A stretch of 64,000 nt of DNA from an uncultured Planctomycetales bacterium (lineage in GTDB: Bacteria; Omnitrophota; Gorgyraeia; Gygaellales; Profunditerraquicolaceae): the NCBI GenBank assembly GCA_964427405.1, contig CAYRUB010000008.1:31428-95427 (forward strand). The letters run 5' to 3'. Positions 1 through 10,275 of this stretch are shown here, one piece after another. The notes under the pieces were generated by a model. The model worked only from the letters and a program-made list of their open reading frames with translations, ran no database searches and had not been told where the DNA came from. A program made the translations under genes and the position numbers. How positions within the stretch are numbered: the first letter of the stretch is position 1; every line of letters begins with the position of its first letter.

Positions 1-1656
1 GCTAGCAAGGCTTTGCACCGCTTTAAACCCTATTGCGCGAATTATAAATTTTAACTCCGGGATTACCTGCGGAGGAACGCTAAACTCATCCAACCCCAAA
101 CCCAAAAGGATAAGCGCCAGCGACGGCTCGCCGGCCATCTCTCCGCACATCGCCACTTTAATATTTGCCTGATGCGCCGCGTCAATAACCTGCTTTATCA
201 TCCTTAAAACCGCCGGGTGAGCCGGCTCATACAGATAAGCTACTTTTTCATTGCCGCGGTCAACCGCTAAACAATATTGAATCAAGTCATTTGTCCCAAT
301 GCTGAAGAAATCCGCTTCTTTGGCTAAAATATCCGCGGTCATCGCCGCCGAAGGAACTTCAATCATTACGCCAACGGGAATCTTATCATTAAACTCTATT
401 CCCTTTTGACTCAACTCTTCTTTTGCCTCCCGAAGCAAACCATTGGCCTGGCGTAATTCCTCTATCCCGGAAATCATAGGATACATAAGCTTCAGGTTCC
501 CATGCACAGAAGCCCTAAGAATAGCACGCAGCTGTAATTTAAATATATCCGGACGAGCCAGACAAAACCTGATCGCCCTCCAACCCAAGAACGGCTGCAT
601 TTCATGAGGGATCTGGAATTGCGACAGGAATTTATCCCCGCCTAAATCCAGGGTGCGTATAACTACCGAGTGAGGGCTCATCTGCTCAGCGACATACTTA
701 TAAGCCTGATAATGCTCTTCTTCGCTGGGGGAATCTTTGCGGTTCATATAAAAAAACTCTGTGCGGTAAAGCCCAATCCCTTCGCTACCGTGCAGTTTGA
801 CTGAAGAAACCTCATCGGGAAATTCGATGTTAGCATTAATCAAGATCGAGCGGCCATCAGTAGTAACCGAGGGAAGCTCCTTAACCGATGAAAACCTCTC
901 GGCTATATCTTTTAATTTTACCAGTTCCTGCTGATAATTTCTAAGCGTCTCCTCATCGGGGTTAATGATTACCGTGCCGGTGTTTCCGTCAACAATAAGG
1001 ATATCTCCAGGATTAACTCTAGAGGTAACTCCCTCCAAACCCACCACTGCGGGTATCTCCAGAGACTTGGCCATGATCGCGGTATGCGAAGTCTTACCGC
1101 CCATGTCGGTAACAAAAGCAGCAACATTCCTGGTATGCATTGCTGCGGTATCCGAAGGAGAAAGGTCGTGCGAAACAATAATCGCTCTCTCCTTAAGATC
1201 CTCCATGCCTATTTTCTCTTTACCCAGAAGGTTTCTTAATATCCTTTTGCCGACATCGTTAATATCGGCGATACGTTCCTTAAGGTATTCATCTTCGATT
1301 TTCAAGAATACGCTGATATATTTCTTTAGAACTTCCGAAAAAATATAGGCAACATTTAGCTGCTCTTTTTTAAGCCGGGAGATGACCTCTTCAATAAGCA
1401 TGCGGTCTTCCAATACCAAAAGGTGCGCATCAAAAATCTGCGCTTCTTCCTGGCCCATATCAAAACTAATCCTTTTTTGCAGCTCGATAATCTCGCGGCG
1501 GGTTTTAATCAGGGCTTCCTCAAAAAGCTGGATCTGCACGGGGATATCTTCCCAGGCGATTTTCTCAGGCAATACAACAAACTCCTCCTTACCGAGTTTG
1601 TAAGCTGCGCCGATACTTATTCCGCCTGCCGCTGCGATACCTTTTAATTGAATCAT
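1..1656 (-). CDS. ptsI: PEP-protein phosphotransferase Enzyme I (PtsI), C-terminally truncated by the window edge
   Basis: Minus-strand frame is open from the ATG at 1656 to position 1 (552 codons). The N-terminus reads [16 protein letters not shown]. The revcomp of 60-240 translates to ...[25 protein letters not shown]..., the classic EI C-terminal motif. The ATG overlaps the ptsH stop (ATGA). The ORF track omits it because it runs off the window. Confidence 0.85.
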   Translation of the reverse strand, partial: MIQLKGIAAAGGISIGAAYKLGKEEFVVLPEKIAWEDIPVQIQLFEEALIKTRREIIELQKRISFDMGQEEAQIFDAHLLVLEDRMLIEEVISRLKKEQLNVAYIFSEVLKKYISVFLKIEDEYLKERIADINDVGKRILRNLLGKEKIGMEDLKERAIIVSHDLSPSDTAAMHTRNVAAFVTDMGGKTSHTAIMAKSLEIPAVVGLEGVTSRVNPGDILIVDGNTGTVIINPDEETLRNYQQELVKLKDIAERFSSVKELPSVTTDGRSILINANIEFPDEVSSVKLHGSEGIGLYRTEFFYMNRKDSPSEEEHYQAYKYVAEQMSPHSVVIRTLDLGGDKFLSQFQIPHEMQPFLGWRAIRFCLARPDIFKLQLRAILRASVHGNLKLMYPMISGIEELRQANGLLREAKEELSQKGIEFNDKIPVGVMIEVPSAAMTADILAKEADFFSIGTNDLIQYCLAVDRGNEKVAYLYEPAHPAVLRMIKQVIDAAHQANIKVAMCGEMAGEPSLALILLGLGLDEFSVPPQVIPELKFIIRAIGFKAVQSLAS

Positions 1657-1922
1657 AAAGCTTCCTCGCTATTAATAATCTTTTCCAGTTCCGCCAAGGC
1701 CTGCTCTGCGTCAGAGCCGTCCGCTTCAACAATAACTAAACTGCCCTTTTCTGCGCCAAGCATAAGAATACCCATAATGGACTTACCATTAACCTCTTCG
1801 TCATCGTGGCGCACGGTAATGCGCGAATCAAATTTATTGGCTACCTGCACGAATAAAGCAGCAGGCCGGGCGTGTAACCCCTGTTCATTTTTTACGATTA
1901 ATTCTTTTTTAATTAAGGGCAT
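1653..1922 (-). CDS. ptsH: Phosphocarrier protein HPr
   Basis: 89 aa with a GLHARPA active-site His15 context and a GKSIMGIL Ser46 region. The stop overlaps the ptsI start. Confidence 0.9.
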   Translation of the reverse strand: MPLIKKELIVKNEQGLHARPAALFVQVANKFDSRITVRHDDEEVNGKSIMGILMLGAEKGSLVIVEADGSDAEQALAELEKIINSEEAL

Positions 1923-1924
1923 CT

Positions 1925-3178
1925 TTAAATCTCTTCGATAAAACTTAAAATAATTTTTGCTAATTTTTCCGCGTCGTGGCGGATCACACCATCCTGAATC
2001 ATGATAAAATCTTCTTCAATCACCCGGTAACCCAGATTCTCAATATTTTTACGATCATTAACCACAAGAAGTGAATTCTCCCCGGAATAACGCGTCAAAA
2101 CCTCCCTGGGAACCTCTCCGTTATTCACAACACAATAATCCAGGATACGCTCAGAACTATGGCTAAGCAGGGCCTTGATATGATCAGAAACACTATAACC
2201 GTCTGTTTCTCCCGGTTGAGTCATTACATTGCAGACATAAATCTTGATTGCTTCAGACTCCGCGATCTCCCGGGAGATCTCATCAATTAGAAGATTAGGA
2301 ATAATGCTCGTATATAAAGAACCCGGGCCCAAAACAATAATCTGCGCCTCTCTAATCGCCTTTATCGCATCCGGAGTAGCCAGCGGCTGCTCAGGAGCAA
2401 GACTGACTCTATTAATCGCTTTTCTTGCTTTGGGGATCTGCCCTTCTCCGGCGACCATTGTGCCATCCTTATAATGCGCCACAAGCGTCACATCGCCTAA
2501 TGTGGAAGGAATAACCTGTCCCCTCAAGGCTAAAACCTTGCTGGTTTCCTTAATTGCCTTTTCAAAATCACCGGTTAAACGGGTCATTACCGTAAGAAAA
2601 AGGTTGCCAAATGAATGCCCGGAAAACTCAGAATTTTTATCAAAACGGAACTGAAAAAGATCACGCATCAACGCCGGAGCGTCAGCTAAAGCTACCAGGC
2701 AATTGCGTATATCACCGGGAGGCAAGACATCAAACTGCTGCCGGAGCCGGCCGCTTGAGCCTCCATCATCAGCCATCGTAACTATAGCGGAAATGTTTGA
2801 AGAGTAACTTTTTAACCCGCTTAAAAGAACGGATAAACCTGTTCCGCCGCCTACAGCAACTATCCGCGGGCCACGGCTTAAATGTTTCTTCTGATACAAA
2901 AGATCAACCAACTCCGTGCCTCTGGATGACGGAACGAATATGGCGATAAAAGAACGCATCATCCGTTTTATACCCAGGATCAAAATTATGATCCCGGAAA
3001 TTACAACCAGGGCATCTAAAAACTGAATCAGCCAAAATTGGCCGGATTTAAGGTTGGCTGTTCCTATAATTAAAAGCACCACCCCAAAAGCGCTTAAACC
3101 CACCCAACGCTTAATACCTATGCCAGGATAAAACCATTTTAAGATAACGCTAGAGGCTGTTTTCATTTTACGAAACAA
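1925..3178 (-). CDS. YvcK/CofD-like gluconeogenesis-factor family protein with an N-terminal ~95-aa two-TM extension
   Basis: IVAVGGGTGLSVLLSGLK glycine-rich motif and downstream UPF0052-like core. The N-terminus has two hydrophobic helices (LSAFGVVLLIIGTANL, LVVISGIIILILGI). Confidence 0.75.
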   Translation of the reverse strand: MFRKMKTASSVILKWFYPGIGIKRWVGLSAFGVVLLIIGTANLKSGQFWLIQFLDALVVISGIIILILGIKRMMRSFIAIFVPSSRGTELVDLLYQKKHLSRGPRIVAVGGGTGLSVLLSGLKSYSSNISAIVTMADDGGSSGRLRQQFDVLPPGDIRNCLVALADAPALMRDLFQFRFDKNSEFSGHSFGNLFLTVMTRLTGDFEKAIKETSKVLALRGQVIPSTLGDVTLVAHYKDGTMVAGEGQIPKARKAINRVSLAPEQPLATPDAIKAIREAQIIVLGPGSLYTSIIPNLLIDEISREIAESEAIKIYVCNVMTQPGETDGYSVSDHIKALLSHSSERILDYCVVNNGEVPREVLTRYSGENSLLVVNDRKNIENLGYRVIEEDFIMIQDGVIRHDAEKLAKIILSFIEEI

Positions 3179-3259
3179 TCTGTTAATTATGTGATTAACT
3201 TACAGGATATCCTGCACGATTATCCGGCAGGGATCTTATAAAAATAAAAACAAAATAGA

Positions 3260-3730
3260 CTAGATTTTTTTCTCGTCTTCCTGAGTGATAATCTTAATTA
3301 CAGATTTTTCGTCCATGCAGGTACGCAGGGTATCGCGAAAATATTTATCTTTTAAGAGGCGCGATATCCTAGCTAATGCCTTAAGGTGCGGTCCGGCGGA
3401 ATCCTGCGGAGCAACAAGCAAAAAGAAAATATAAGCTAATTCTCCGTCGAGAGAATCAAAATCTACGCCTTTTTTAGAAAGCCCAAAGGCGGCTACCAAT
3501 TTATCCACGCAGTCGCATTTTGCATGCGGTATGGCAATGCCCTGGCCGATTGCGGTTGAACCCAAGGCCTCTCTTGACATAAGGGCTTCAATGAGTTTGT
3601 TACGGTTGCGTTTCTCCACATCACCGGCTTCGATCAAAAGATCCACCATCTCCTTAATCACATCTTCCTTGCGGGTAGATTTTATGTCGGTGAGAATCGC
3701 TTTCTTAGAAAGAAAATCCATTATCTGCAT
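3260..3730 (-). CDS. ptsN: PTS IIA-Ntr-like nitrogen regulatory protein (fructose-type EIIA)
   Basis: 156 aa with a GQGIAIPHAK active-site His motif, in a ptsN-yvcK-ptsH-ptsI arrangement. Confidence 0.8.
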   Translation of the reverse strand: MQIMDFLSKKAILTDIKSTRKEDVIKEMVDLLIEAGDVEKRNRNKLIEALMSREALGSTAIGQGIAIPHAKCDCVDKLVAAFGLSKKGVDFDSLDGELAYIFFLLVAPQDSAGPHLKALARISRLLKDKYFRDTLRTCMDEKSVIKIITQEDEKKI

Positions 3731-3768
3731 TTGTTTTCTCCTTTCGAATAATCAATACAAAAATAAAA

Positions 3769-3842
<74 letters not shown>

Positions 3843-3922
3843 ATACCAATTGCGCACCGGCGCAACTCCAATAAGCGCCGGGTGCTGCATCGCTCGCTAT
3901 TATCAACTGTAAAATTTCATTT

Positions 3923-4004
3923 TGGGCGGAAGAGGATTTGAACCTCCAAGGGTTACCCCAATAGCTCCTAAGGCTATCGCGTATGCCAATTCCGCCATCC
4001 GCCC
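3923..4004 (-). tRNA. tRNA-Leu (anticodon TAG), long variable arm
   Basis: Revcomp reads GGGCGGATGGCGGAATTGGCATACGCGATAGCCTTAGGAGCTATTGGGGTAACCCTTGGAGGTTCAAATCCTCTTCCGCCCA. Anticodon loop CTTAGGA; acceptor GGGCGGA/TCCGCCC. Confidence 0.8.
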
Positions 4005-4034
4005 GGAATGTTCCTCTTTCCACCTACTAATAAC

Positions 4035-4200
4035 TTTGATAGCCTGTGGTATTGCGGAGCGCGCATTAGAAAACTTTCGGCAAATGAGTGCGAGGAATTA
4101 CGATGAGCGAAGGCCGACGCAGTGTATGGTCGGCCGAAAACGAATCGTAAACCGAAGCACTCGGCGAAAGTTTTCAGCGCGCGGAACAATACCACAGGAT
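4035..4200. repeat. R1 intergenic repeat, copy 1 (diverged), between tRNA-Leu and tRNA-Lys; imperfect ~40-nt terminal inverted repeats
   Basis: Shares aaactttcggcaaatgagtgcgaggaattacg with copy 2 (9220-9255) and cgtaaaccgaagcactcggcgaaa with copy 3 (11770-11800). Ends cctgtggtattgcggagcgcgc / gcgcgcggaacaataccacagg are inverted repeats. Confidence 0.6.
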
Positions 4201-4211
4201 ATCAAATTATT

Positions 4212-4283
4212 CTGAGCCTCCCGCGACTCGAACGCGGCACAACCACATTAAAAGTGTGGTGCTCTACCTGATGAGCTAGAGGC
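4212..4283 (-). tRNA. tRNA-Lys (anticodon TTT)
   Basis: Revcomp reads GGGCCTCTAGCTCATCAGGTAGAGCACCACACTTTTAATGTGGTTGTGCCGCGTTCGAGTCGCGGGAGGCTCA. Anticodon loop CTTTTAA. Confidence 0.75.
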
Positions 4284-4289
4284 CCGAAT

Positions 4290-4850
4290 TTAAAACTCCA
4301 ATACTTCCTTTTCCTTATTCTTTAAAAGTTCATCAATCTTGGCGATATATTTATCAACCACTTTCTGCAATTCTTCAATACCGCGGAACTTTTCATCTTC
4401 AGAAACAATCTTGTCTTTTTCCAGCTTCTCTAGGGTTTCCTTGGCATCTCTTCTAATTGTACGCATAGACACACGGCCATCTTCAGACATCTTATGGATC
4501 TGCTTAGCCAACTCTAGCCGCCTCTCTTTAGATAGCTGAGGAACAGCAAGTCTGATTACTTTTCCGTCGTTAGAAGGATTGATCCCGAGGTTAGATTTCA
4601 TAATCGCCTTTTCGATCTCAACAATCACCGTAGGATCCCAAGGCTGGATAACAATCAAATGTGCGTCAGGAGCCGATATTGCCGCCAACTGCTTGAGCAT
4701 AGTCAGAGTCCCGTAATAATCAATATGCATGCCTTCAACCAAACTGGGAGATGCCCTTCCAGTCCTTACTTCATGGAACTCACGGTTCATCGACTCAAAA
4801 GCCTTTTTCATCTTCTCTTCTGTATTATGTAATATTTCCTTAACAGTCAT
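4290..4850 (-). CDS. frr: Ribosome recycling factor
   Basis: 186 aa, RRF-like throughout (…VRTGRASPSLVEGMHIDYYGT…). Confidence 0.9.
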   Translation of the reverse strand: MTVKEILHNTEEKMKKAFESMNREFHEVRTGRASPSLVEGMHIDYYGTLTMLKQLAAISAPDAHLIVIQPWDPTVIVEIEKAIMKSNLGINPSNDGKVIRLAVPQLSKERRLELAKQIHKMSEDGRVSMRTIRRDAKETLEKLEKDKIVSEDEKFRGIEELQKVVDKYIAKIDELLKNKEKEVLEF

Positions 4851-4867
4851 ATTTTCCCGCCTTTCGC

Positions 4868-5590
4868 TTATCTTACAACCGTGCCAATCTTCTCACCTAA
4901 AATTACACGCTTAATATTCCCCTGGCGATTAAGATTAAAGACAACGATGGGTAATTTATTATCCATACATAAGCTGATTGCTGTTGCGTCCATTACTTTT
5001 AAGCCCTTCTTAAGCACGTCTATATATTTTAACTGGCTGAACCTTTTGGCGCCTTTTACTTTCATGGGATCGGCGGCATAAACCCCATCAACTTTAGTAG
5101 CCTTTAAAATAGCATCCGCATTAATCTCCATAGCACGCAAGGCCGCGGCTGTATCGGTAGTAAAATAGGGGTTGCCGGTCCCGGCGACGAAGATAACCAC
5201 CCTACCCTTCTCTAAATGCCGTATAGCCCTTCTTCTAATATAAGGTTCAGCTATCCTTTGCATCTCAATAGCTGTCATTACTCTTGTGGGTACGCCTGAT
5301 TTCTCCAGTGCATCCTGCAGGGAAAGCCCGTTAATTACAGTAGCCAGCATCCCCATATAATCGGCAACGCTACGATCTAAATCCAACCCGCGCGAAGCGG
5401 TATTCTCCTGGCCGCGTAAGATATTGCCTGCGCCTAAAACAACAGCCACATCTACGCCTAAATCCATAATTTCTTTAATCTGGCGCGATATGGTCTTAAG
5501 CACTTCCGGGTCTATACCATGCGTATTTTTGCCCTGAAGCGCCTCACCACTAAGTTTAAGGACAATTCTCTTATAAACCGGTTTGAGCAT
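4868..5590 (-). CDS. pyrH: Uridylate kinase
   Basis: 240 aa, [13 protein letters not shown] amino-acid-kinase fold, in the rpsB-tsf-pyrH-frr synteny. Confidence 0.9.
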   Translation of the reverse strand: MLKPVYKRIVLKLSGEALQGKNTHGIDPEVLKTISRQIKEIMDLGVDVAVVLGAGNILRGQENTASRGLDLDRSVADYMGMLATVINGLSLQDALEKSGVPTRVMTAIEMQRIAEPYIRRRAIRHLEKGRVVIFVAGTGNPYFTTDTAAALRAMEINADAILKATKVDGVYAADPMKVKGAKRFSQLKYIDVLKKGLKVMDATAISLCMDNKLPIVVFNLNRQGNIKRVILGEKIGTVVR

Positions 5591-6115
5591 TTATTCGCCG
5601 ATCTTATAGCGGATAAACCTGCGGATAACAATATTCTCGCCAATCTTTGCCACAATACTACCCAAACAATCTTTAATCGTTAAACTCGGGTCTTTGACAA
5701 AAACCTGCTCCAATAAACAATTATTCTTGTAATAATCTTCTTTGCTTTTTTCATGCTGCAGGACATCCTCCGGCACATCTTCCTTCTTTATATATGACGG
5801 GCTGCTCGCAGCTATATGCATAGCCAGGTCTTTGGTGAATTTTACAAACTCTTCATTCTTGGCTGCAAAGTCAGATTCACAGTTTACTTCCAGCAAAACA
5901 CCAATTTTATTTCCATGATGTATATAACAATCGATCCTGCCTTCTTTAGCAGCACGGCTTTGTTTTTTAGCGGAAATTTCCAGGCCTTGTTTACGCAACA
6001 ATATTACTGCCTGTTTTATGTCCCCTTTAGCCTCTTCCAAAGCCTTCCTGCAATGCGCGATGCTTGAGCAGGTCATATCCCTTAGTTCTTTAATAGCGCT
6101 CAGTGAATTTTTCAT
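5591..6115 (-). CDS. tsf: Elongation factor Ts (short form)
   Basis: 174 aa with an N-terminal UBA-like MTCSSIAHCRKALEEAKGDIKQAV segment, located between rpsB and pyrH. Confidence 0.8.
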   Translation of the reverse strand: MKNSLSAIKELRDMTCSSIAHCRKALEEAKGDIKQAVILLRKQGLEISAKKQSRAAKEGRIDCYIHHGNKIGVLLEVNCESDFAAKNEEFVKFTKDLAMHIAASSPSYIKKEDVPEDVLQHEKSKEDYYKNNCLLEQVFVKDPSLTIKDCLGSIVAKIGENIVIRRFIRYKIGE

Positions 6116-6116
6116 T

Positions 6117-7067
6117 TTAAAACGACCCCTTCTTTCTCGATTTCAGTTTTGTATCCGCTGCCGGCTTAATGTGCGCCCTTTTTGCTGCCCCAGCCTCATC
6201 AATAGGCGGTTGGCTTTCCTCAACAATCTCCTCAATTTCTTTAATCTTAATTTCCTCTTCCGGAAGGACTTCTGGCGAGATATCCTGTTTTGGCTCCTCT
6301 ACCTTAACAACCCCTTCCTGAGAAAGATAAGATAAGAATTTCTTCCTTCCCTCAATGATCGTATCCGAGATAATTGTAGCAACTGTACGAATAGACTTAG
6401 TAGCATCATCATTACCCGGAATAGGATAATCCACCAAATCAGGATTGGAATTAGTATCAATTAACCCGATTATCGGGATCCCCAGCCTGCGCGCTTCCAG
6501 TACCGCGGTCTCCTCTTTTTTGGTATCAACAACAAACGCCGCCTTGGGCATACGCTCCATAGTGACTATACCGGAGAAGTTTTTATTCAACTTGGCCAGC
6601 TCTTTTTCCAAACCGGCAACTTCTTTCTTGGTTAATTTCTCAAATGTCCCGTCAGTACGCATCTTTTCAATATCTTTCAAACGGTTAATACTCTTTTTAA
6701 TGGTGGCAAAATTAGTAAGCATCCCGCCCGGCCAACGGTCGGTAACGTAATACATTCCGCAGCGGATTGCCTCCTGCTTGATCACATCCTGAGCCTGTTT
6801 TTTGGTCCCTACAAAAAGGACAAACTCGCCCTTAGAAGTTATATCCATTAAGAAATCCCGGGCAGCGTTAATACACTCCTCGGTCTTTTCCAGGTCAATA
6901 ATGTAAATACCGCTTCTTGAGCCAAAAATAAACTTCTTCATTTTGGGATTCCAGCGCTTAGTCTGATGACCAAAATGTACCCCTGCTTCTAAAAGCTGTT
7001 TGATTAATTCTGACGGCACGTTTTTATTCCCCCTCTTTCTTTGTGGCTTTGGCTGTTCGCTCGCCAA
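6117..7067 (-). CDS. rpsB: 30S ribosomal protein S2 with an acidic C-terminal extension
   Basis: [20 protein letters not shown]2 signature. 316 aa, with an EE/K-rich tail. Confidence 0.9.
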   Translation of the reverse strand: MASEQPKPQRKRGNKNVPSELIKQLLEAGVHFGHQTKRWNPKMKKFIFGSRSGIYIIDLEKTEECINAARDFLMDITSKGEFVLFVGTKKQAQDVIKQEAIRCGMYYVTDRWPGGMLTNFATIKKSINRLKDIEKMRTDGTFEKLTKKEVAGLEKELAKLNKNFSGIVTMERMPKAAFVVDTKKEETAVLEARRLGIPIIGLIDTNSNPDLVDYPIPGNDDATKSIRTVATIISDTIIEGRKKFLSYLSQEGVVKVEEPKQDISPEVLPEEEIKIKEIEEIVEESQPPIDEAGAAKRAHIKPAADTKLKSRKKGSF

Positions 7068-7154
7068 ACCATGGTTATCTAACCAGTTAATATACTTCCT
7101 TGCCTTCCCTGCTTCAAATAAGCCGGAAAATTAAGGCAAAAAGTTAATTTGGTA

Positions 7155-7182
7155 ATTATAGCAAATTTTTGCCTATTTGCAA
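7155..7182 (-). promoter_or_regulatory. Sigma70-like promoter for the rpsB operon (TTGCAA-N16-TATAAT)
   Basis: On the minus strand, TTGCAA at 7182..7177 and TATAAT at 7160..7155, with a 16-nt spacer, about 85 nt upstream of the rpsB ATG. Confidence 0.45.
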
Positions 7183-7185
7183 CTA

Positions 7186-8973
7186 TTATTGTATCTCTTG
7201 AGCATCATAAAGCCGCTTGTATAAACCCTTCTTTTCCAGCAACTGGCTATGCGTCCCCTGCTCAACGATTACTCCTTTATCTAAGACTACAATCCTATCG
7301 GCATTCCTTACCGTGGAAAGCCGGTGAGCGACCACAAAAACCGTTCTGCCGGTAACCAGGCTGTCTAAAGCCTCCTGAACAATACGTTCAGATGTAGAAT
7401 CCAACTGTGAGGTAGCTTCGTCCAGGATTAATATCGGGGCATTCTTTAAAAGTGCGCGGGCAATAGCAATACGCTGACGCTCTCCTCCGGAGATCTTTAC
7501 TCCTCTATCACCAATTATTGTACCATAACCTTGCGGGCATTTGGATATAAAATCATGCGCATGCGCCCTCCTGGCTGCCTCTTCTATTTCCTTATCAGAG
7601 GCATCCAGCTTACCATAAGCAATATTAGCCCGGATCGTATCATTAAAAAGCATGGTTTCCTGATTAACTATACCTATCTGGTTACGCAATGATTTTAAAT
7701 CAAACTCCCGCACATCCACTCCATCAATAAGAACGCTTCCTTTTTGAGGGTCGTAAAAACGCGGAATTAAATCCACCAGCGTGCTTTTTCCCGTGCCGCT
7801 GGGGCCGACAATTGCCAGCATCTGACCGTAACCAACCTCTAAATTAATCCCTTTCAGGATTTGCGTATCGGCATAACTGAACCAAACATCATTAAATCTG
7901 ATATTCTGTTTAAAACCAGTTAAGGTTTTAGGCACAAGCGGTTCTTTTACGCTCGGCTCTGTCTCCAATACTTCATGTATGCGTTCGCTGGCCGCCATAG
8001 CCTGTTGGTTTAAAGCATTTACCTGGCTTAATTTCTTTAATGGTCGGATTAAAGATAAAAGCGAACCCAGAAACAGGCCAAAAACTCCAAAAGATATTTT
8101 ACCGGCGATAACTTCACGGCCGCCCCAGAAAAATACCAACACACCGGCAATACACCCTAAGTACTCCGTAGCAGGATTAAGCAGCAGCGTACGCTTAATT
8201 GACTTCATGGAAAGTTTATAATAATCCATATTTACCTTATTAAACTTACTAATCTCATGCTCTTCCATATTAAAGGCTTTAACAATGCGCGCACCCATAA
8301 TCGTCTCATAAAGCAGAGAATTAGTATCAGCGGCATTCTCCTGAGTGCGTTTGGAAAGTTTTCTTAAAACCTTACCGACCTTTATAATCGGTAAACTGAT
8401 TAAAGGCACGAATATAATCGAAACTAAAGCCATTTTAAAATAGATAAAGAAAATAACTATGGCAAAAATAACCACCTGCAAGCTCTGATAAATCAGGTCA
8501 GTTGAACCGTATGATACCGCATTCTCCACAAGCCTGACGTCATTATTGATACGTGACATGAGTTCTCCGCCGCGCTTATGGGTAAAATAGCTAAGCGATA
8601 AAGACTGTATCTTACCATAGAGTTTAGACTTAATATCCCTGACCACACGTTGACCAATATCCGACATAAGATAGCTCTGGAAGAATTCAAAAATCCCTTT
8701 TAATAAGAAAAGCACCAGTACAGTAACAACCATATAGCTCAAAAGCACTTCCGGAGAGGTATTATTTATTTTATCCACAAAATTAGCCAGAAAATCCGGT
8801 AATTTAGCCGGGATAATGATCTTTTTGTTGGTCAAAACCTTATCTGCTAAAGGCACTATCATTGCCAGAGATACACCGTCAAATATCGCAGAAAACCCCA
8901 TACAAACTATGGCTATAGCGAATAAACCATAATAAGGCCGCACGAATTTTAGTAACTTAAGATAGTCCTTCAT
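7186..8973 (-). CDS. ABC transporter permease/ATP-binding protein, MsbA-like exporter
   Basis: 595 aa. N-terminal 6-TM domain plus Walker A GPSGTGKST, signature LSGGERQR and Walker B ILILDEAT. Confidence 0.8.
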   Translation of the reverse strand: MKDYLKLLKFVRPYYGLFAIAIVCMGFSAIFDGVSLAMIVPLADKVLTNKKIIIPAKLPDFLANFVDKINNTSPEVLLSYMVVTVLVLFLLKGIFEFFQSYLMSDIGQRVVRDIKSKLYGKIQSLSLSYFTHKRGGELMSRINNDVRLVENAVSYGSTDLIYQSLQVVIFAIVIFFIYFKMALVSIIFVPLISLPIIKVGKVLRKLSKRTQENAADTNSLLYETIMGARIVKAFNMEEHEISKFNKVNMDYYKLSMKSIKRTLLLNPATEYLGCIAGVLVFFWGGREVIAGKISFGVFGLFLGSLLSLIRPLKKLSQVNALNQQAMAASERIHEVLETEPSVKEPLVPKTLTGFKQNIRFNDVWFSYADTQILKGINLEVGYGQMLAIVGPSGTGKSTLVDLIPRFYDPQKGSVLIDGVDVREFDLKSLRNQIGIVNQETMLFNDTIRANIAYGKLDASDKEIEEAARRAHAHDFISKCPQGYGTIIGDRGVKISGGERQRIAIARALLKNAPILILDEATSQLDSTSERIVQEALDSLVTGRTVFVVAHRLSTVRNADRIVVLDKGVIVEQGTHSQLLEKKGLYKRLYDAQEIQ

Positions 8974-9059
8974 CTTTTACCTTTCCTAAAGAAGGTTTAT
9001 TTTAACATATCCGCCTAAGCATGGCAAACCTTTTTATTGCATTATTTTGCGTGTCTGGC

Positions 9060-9312
9060 TTGATTTGTCCCTTCCCCTATTACGCTCGGGGTCCTGCCGC
9101 TGAAGATGCCCCTCTTCAGCGTCACCCCTCGGAAGGCAACGCGAAAGAAACCAAACTATACGTTTATGATATTACTAATATAAGATTTCCGGCTTTTGCT
9201 GAAGGCACAATCAGAAGATTTTCGGCAGATGTGTGCGAGGAATTACGTCAAGCGTAGGCAGAATCTTAATAGCGTAAGAATACTGCAGCCGAAGCGAAAG
9301 ACGGAAAGCTTA
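9060..9312. repeat. R1 repeat copy 2 (9181-9312) with an upstream GC-rich hairpin module (9085-9150)
   Basis: taagatttccggcttttgctgaaggcacaatcagaagattttcggca ... gccgaagcgaaagacggaaagctta is nearly identical to copy 3 at 11641-11830. Perfect hairpin GCTGAAGA-tgcccc-TCTTCAGC. Confidence 0.65.
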
Positions 9313-9357
9313 TAAAATCAGTTGCAAACAGGCTTTCAGTCTGCTATGATTTTCAGC

Positions 9358-10275
9358 ATGGATAAACTTAAAGTAGCGGTAATCGGAGCGGGCCATTTAG
9401 GCAGCATTCATGCAAAAATATACAAACAAATCCCATCCTGCACCCTGGTAGGCGTCTGCGATACCAATCCCACAAACCTCAAAGCCGTTTCAGGATCGCT
9501 GCGCTTACCCGGATACAGCAATTATCATGAACTCTTTGGTAAAATTGACGCTGCCAGCATTGCCGTACCTACGCTTCTGCATCATCAGGTAGCGCATGAT
9601 TTTCTTGAGAATAACGTACATCTTCTGGTCGAAAAACCATTTACCGTAGATCTTAAGCAAGCAGACGATCTTATTGAGATTGCCAAAGAAAAAAACCTCA
9701 TCTTGCAAGTAGGCCACATTGAAAGGTTTAACTCCGCTTTTTGCGCCACACAGAAAATAATCAAAAATCCGAAGTTTATCGAATGCCACCGCCTTTCCAG
9801 CTTTCCTAACCGCTCGCTTGATGTCGGAGCTGTTCTGGACATTATGATTCACGACATTGATATTGTTTTAGGGCTGGTGGATTCACCAATAGAACGCATA
9901 GAATCCGTAGGCGTAAATGTACTTACCCAATTCGAAGATATTGCTAATGCCCGCCTGACTTTTAAAAATGGCTGTATCGCCAATCTTACCGCCAGCCGGG
10001 TCTCCGATGAAGTAATGCGCAAAATCCGCATATTCCAGGAAGATACCTATATTTCCCTGGATTATAAAAATGCCGAGGCCTCTGTATACCGCAGGATCCA
10101 GGGCAAGATTACCAAAGAACGCCTGCCTATTGAAAAAGAGCAGCCTTTGCAGAAAGAGCTGGCTTCATTTGTCGATTGCGTAATCAATAAAAAAACCCCG
10201 CTGGTTTCCGGGCCTGTCGCCAGGGAGGCTTTAGCGGTAGCTTTAGAAATTCAAAATCAGATATGGCACAAATAA
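9358..10275 (+). CDS. Gfo/Idh/MocA-family NAD-dependent oxidoreductase; candidate UDP-GlcNAc 3-dehydrogenase (GnnA-like)
   Basis: Rossmann motif MDKLKVAVIGAGHLGSIHA, then the EKP motif and the GHIERFN region. The ORF track begins at 9322 (MQTGF...) but the MDKL start fits the family. The 3' end overlaps the lpxB start by 13 nt. Confidence 0.7.
   Translation: MDKLKVAVIGAGHLGSIHAKIYKQIPSCTLVGVCDTNPTNLKAVSGSLRLPGYSNYHELFGKIDAASIAVPTLLHHQVAHDFLENNVHLLVEKPFTVDLKQADDLIEIAKEKNLILQVGHIERFNSAFCATQKIIKNPKFIECHRLSSFPNRSLDVGAVLDIMIHDIDIVLGLVDSPIERIESVGVNVLTQFEDIANARLTFKNGCIANLTASRVSDEVMRKIRIFQEDTYISLDYKNAEASVYRRIQGKITKERLPIEKEQPLQKELASFVDCVINKKTPLVSGPVAREALAVALEIQNQIWHK

Noticed and set aside
9021-9257. 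78-aa plus-strand ORF (and ORFs 11324..11572, 11576..11815 on minus)
   Set aside because: They lie entirely within the R1 repeat / GC-rich structured elements, lack RBSs, and their composition is driven by the palindromic repeat sequence. Treated as non-coding.
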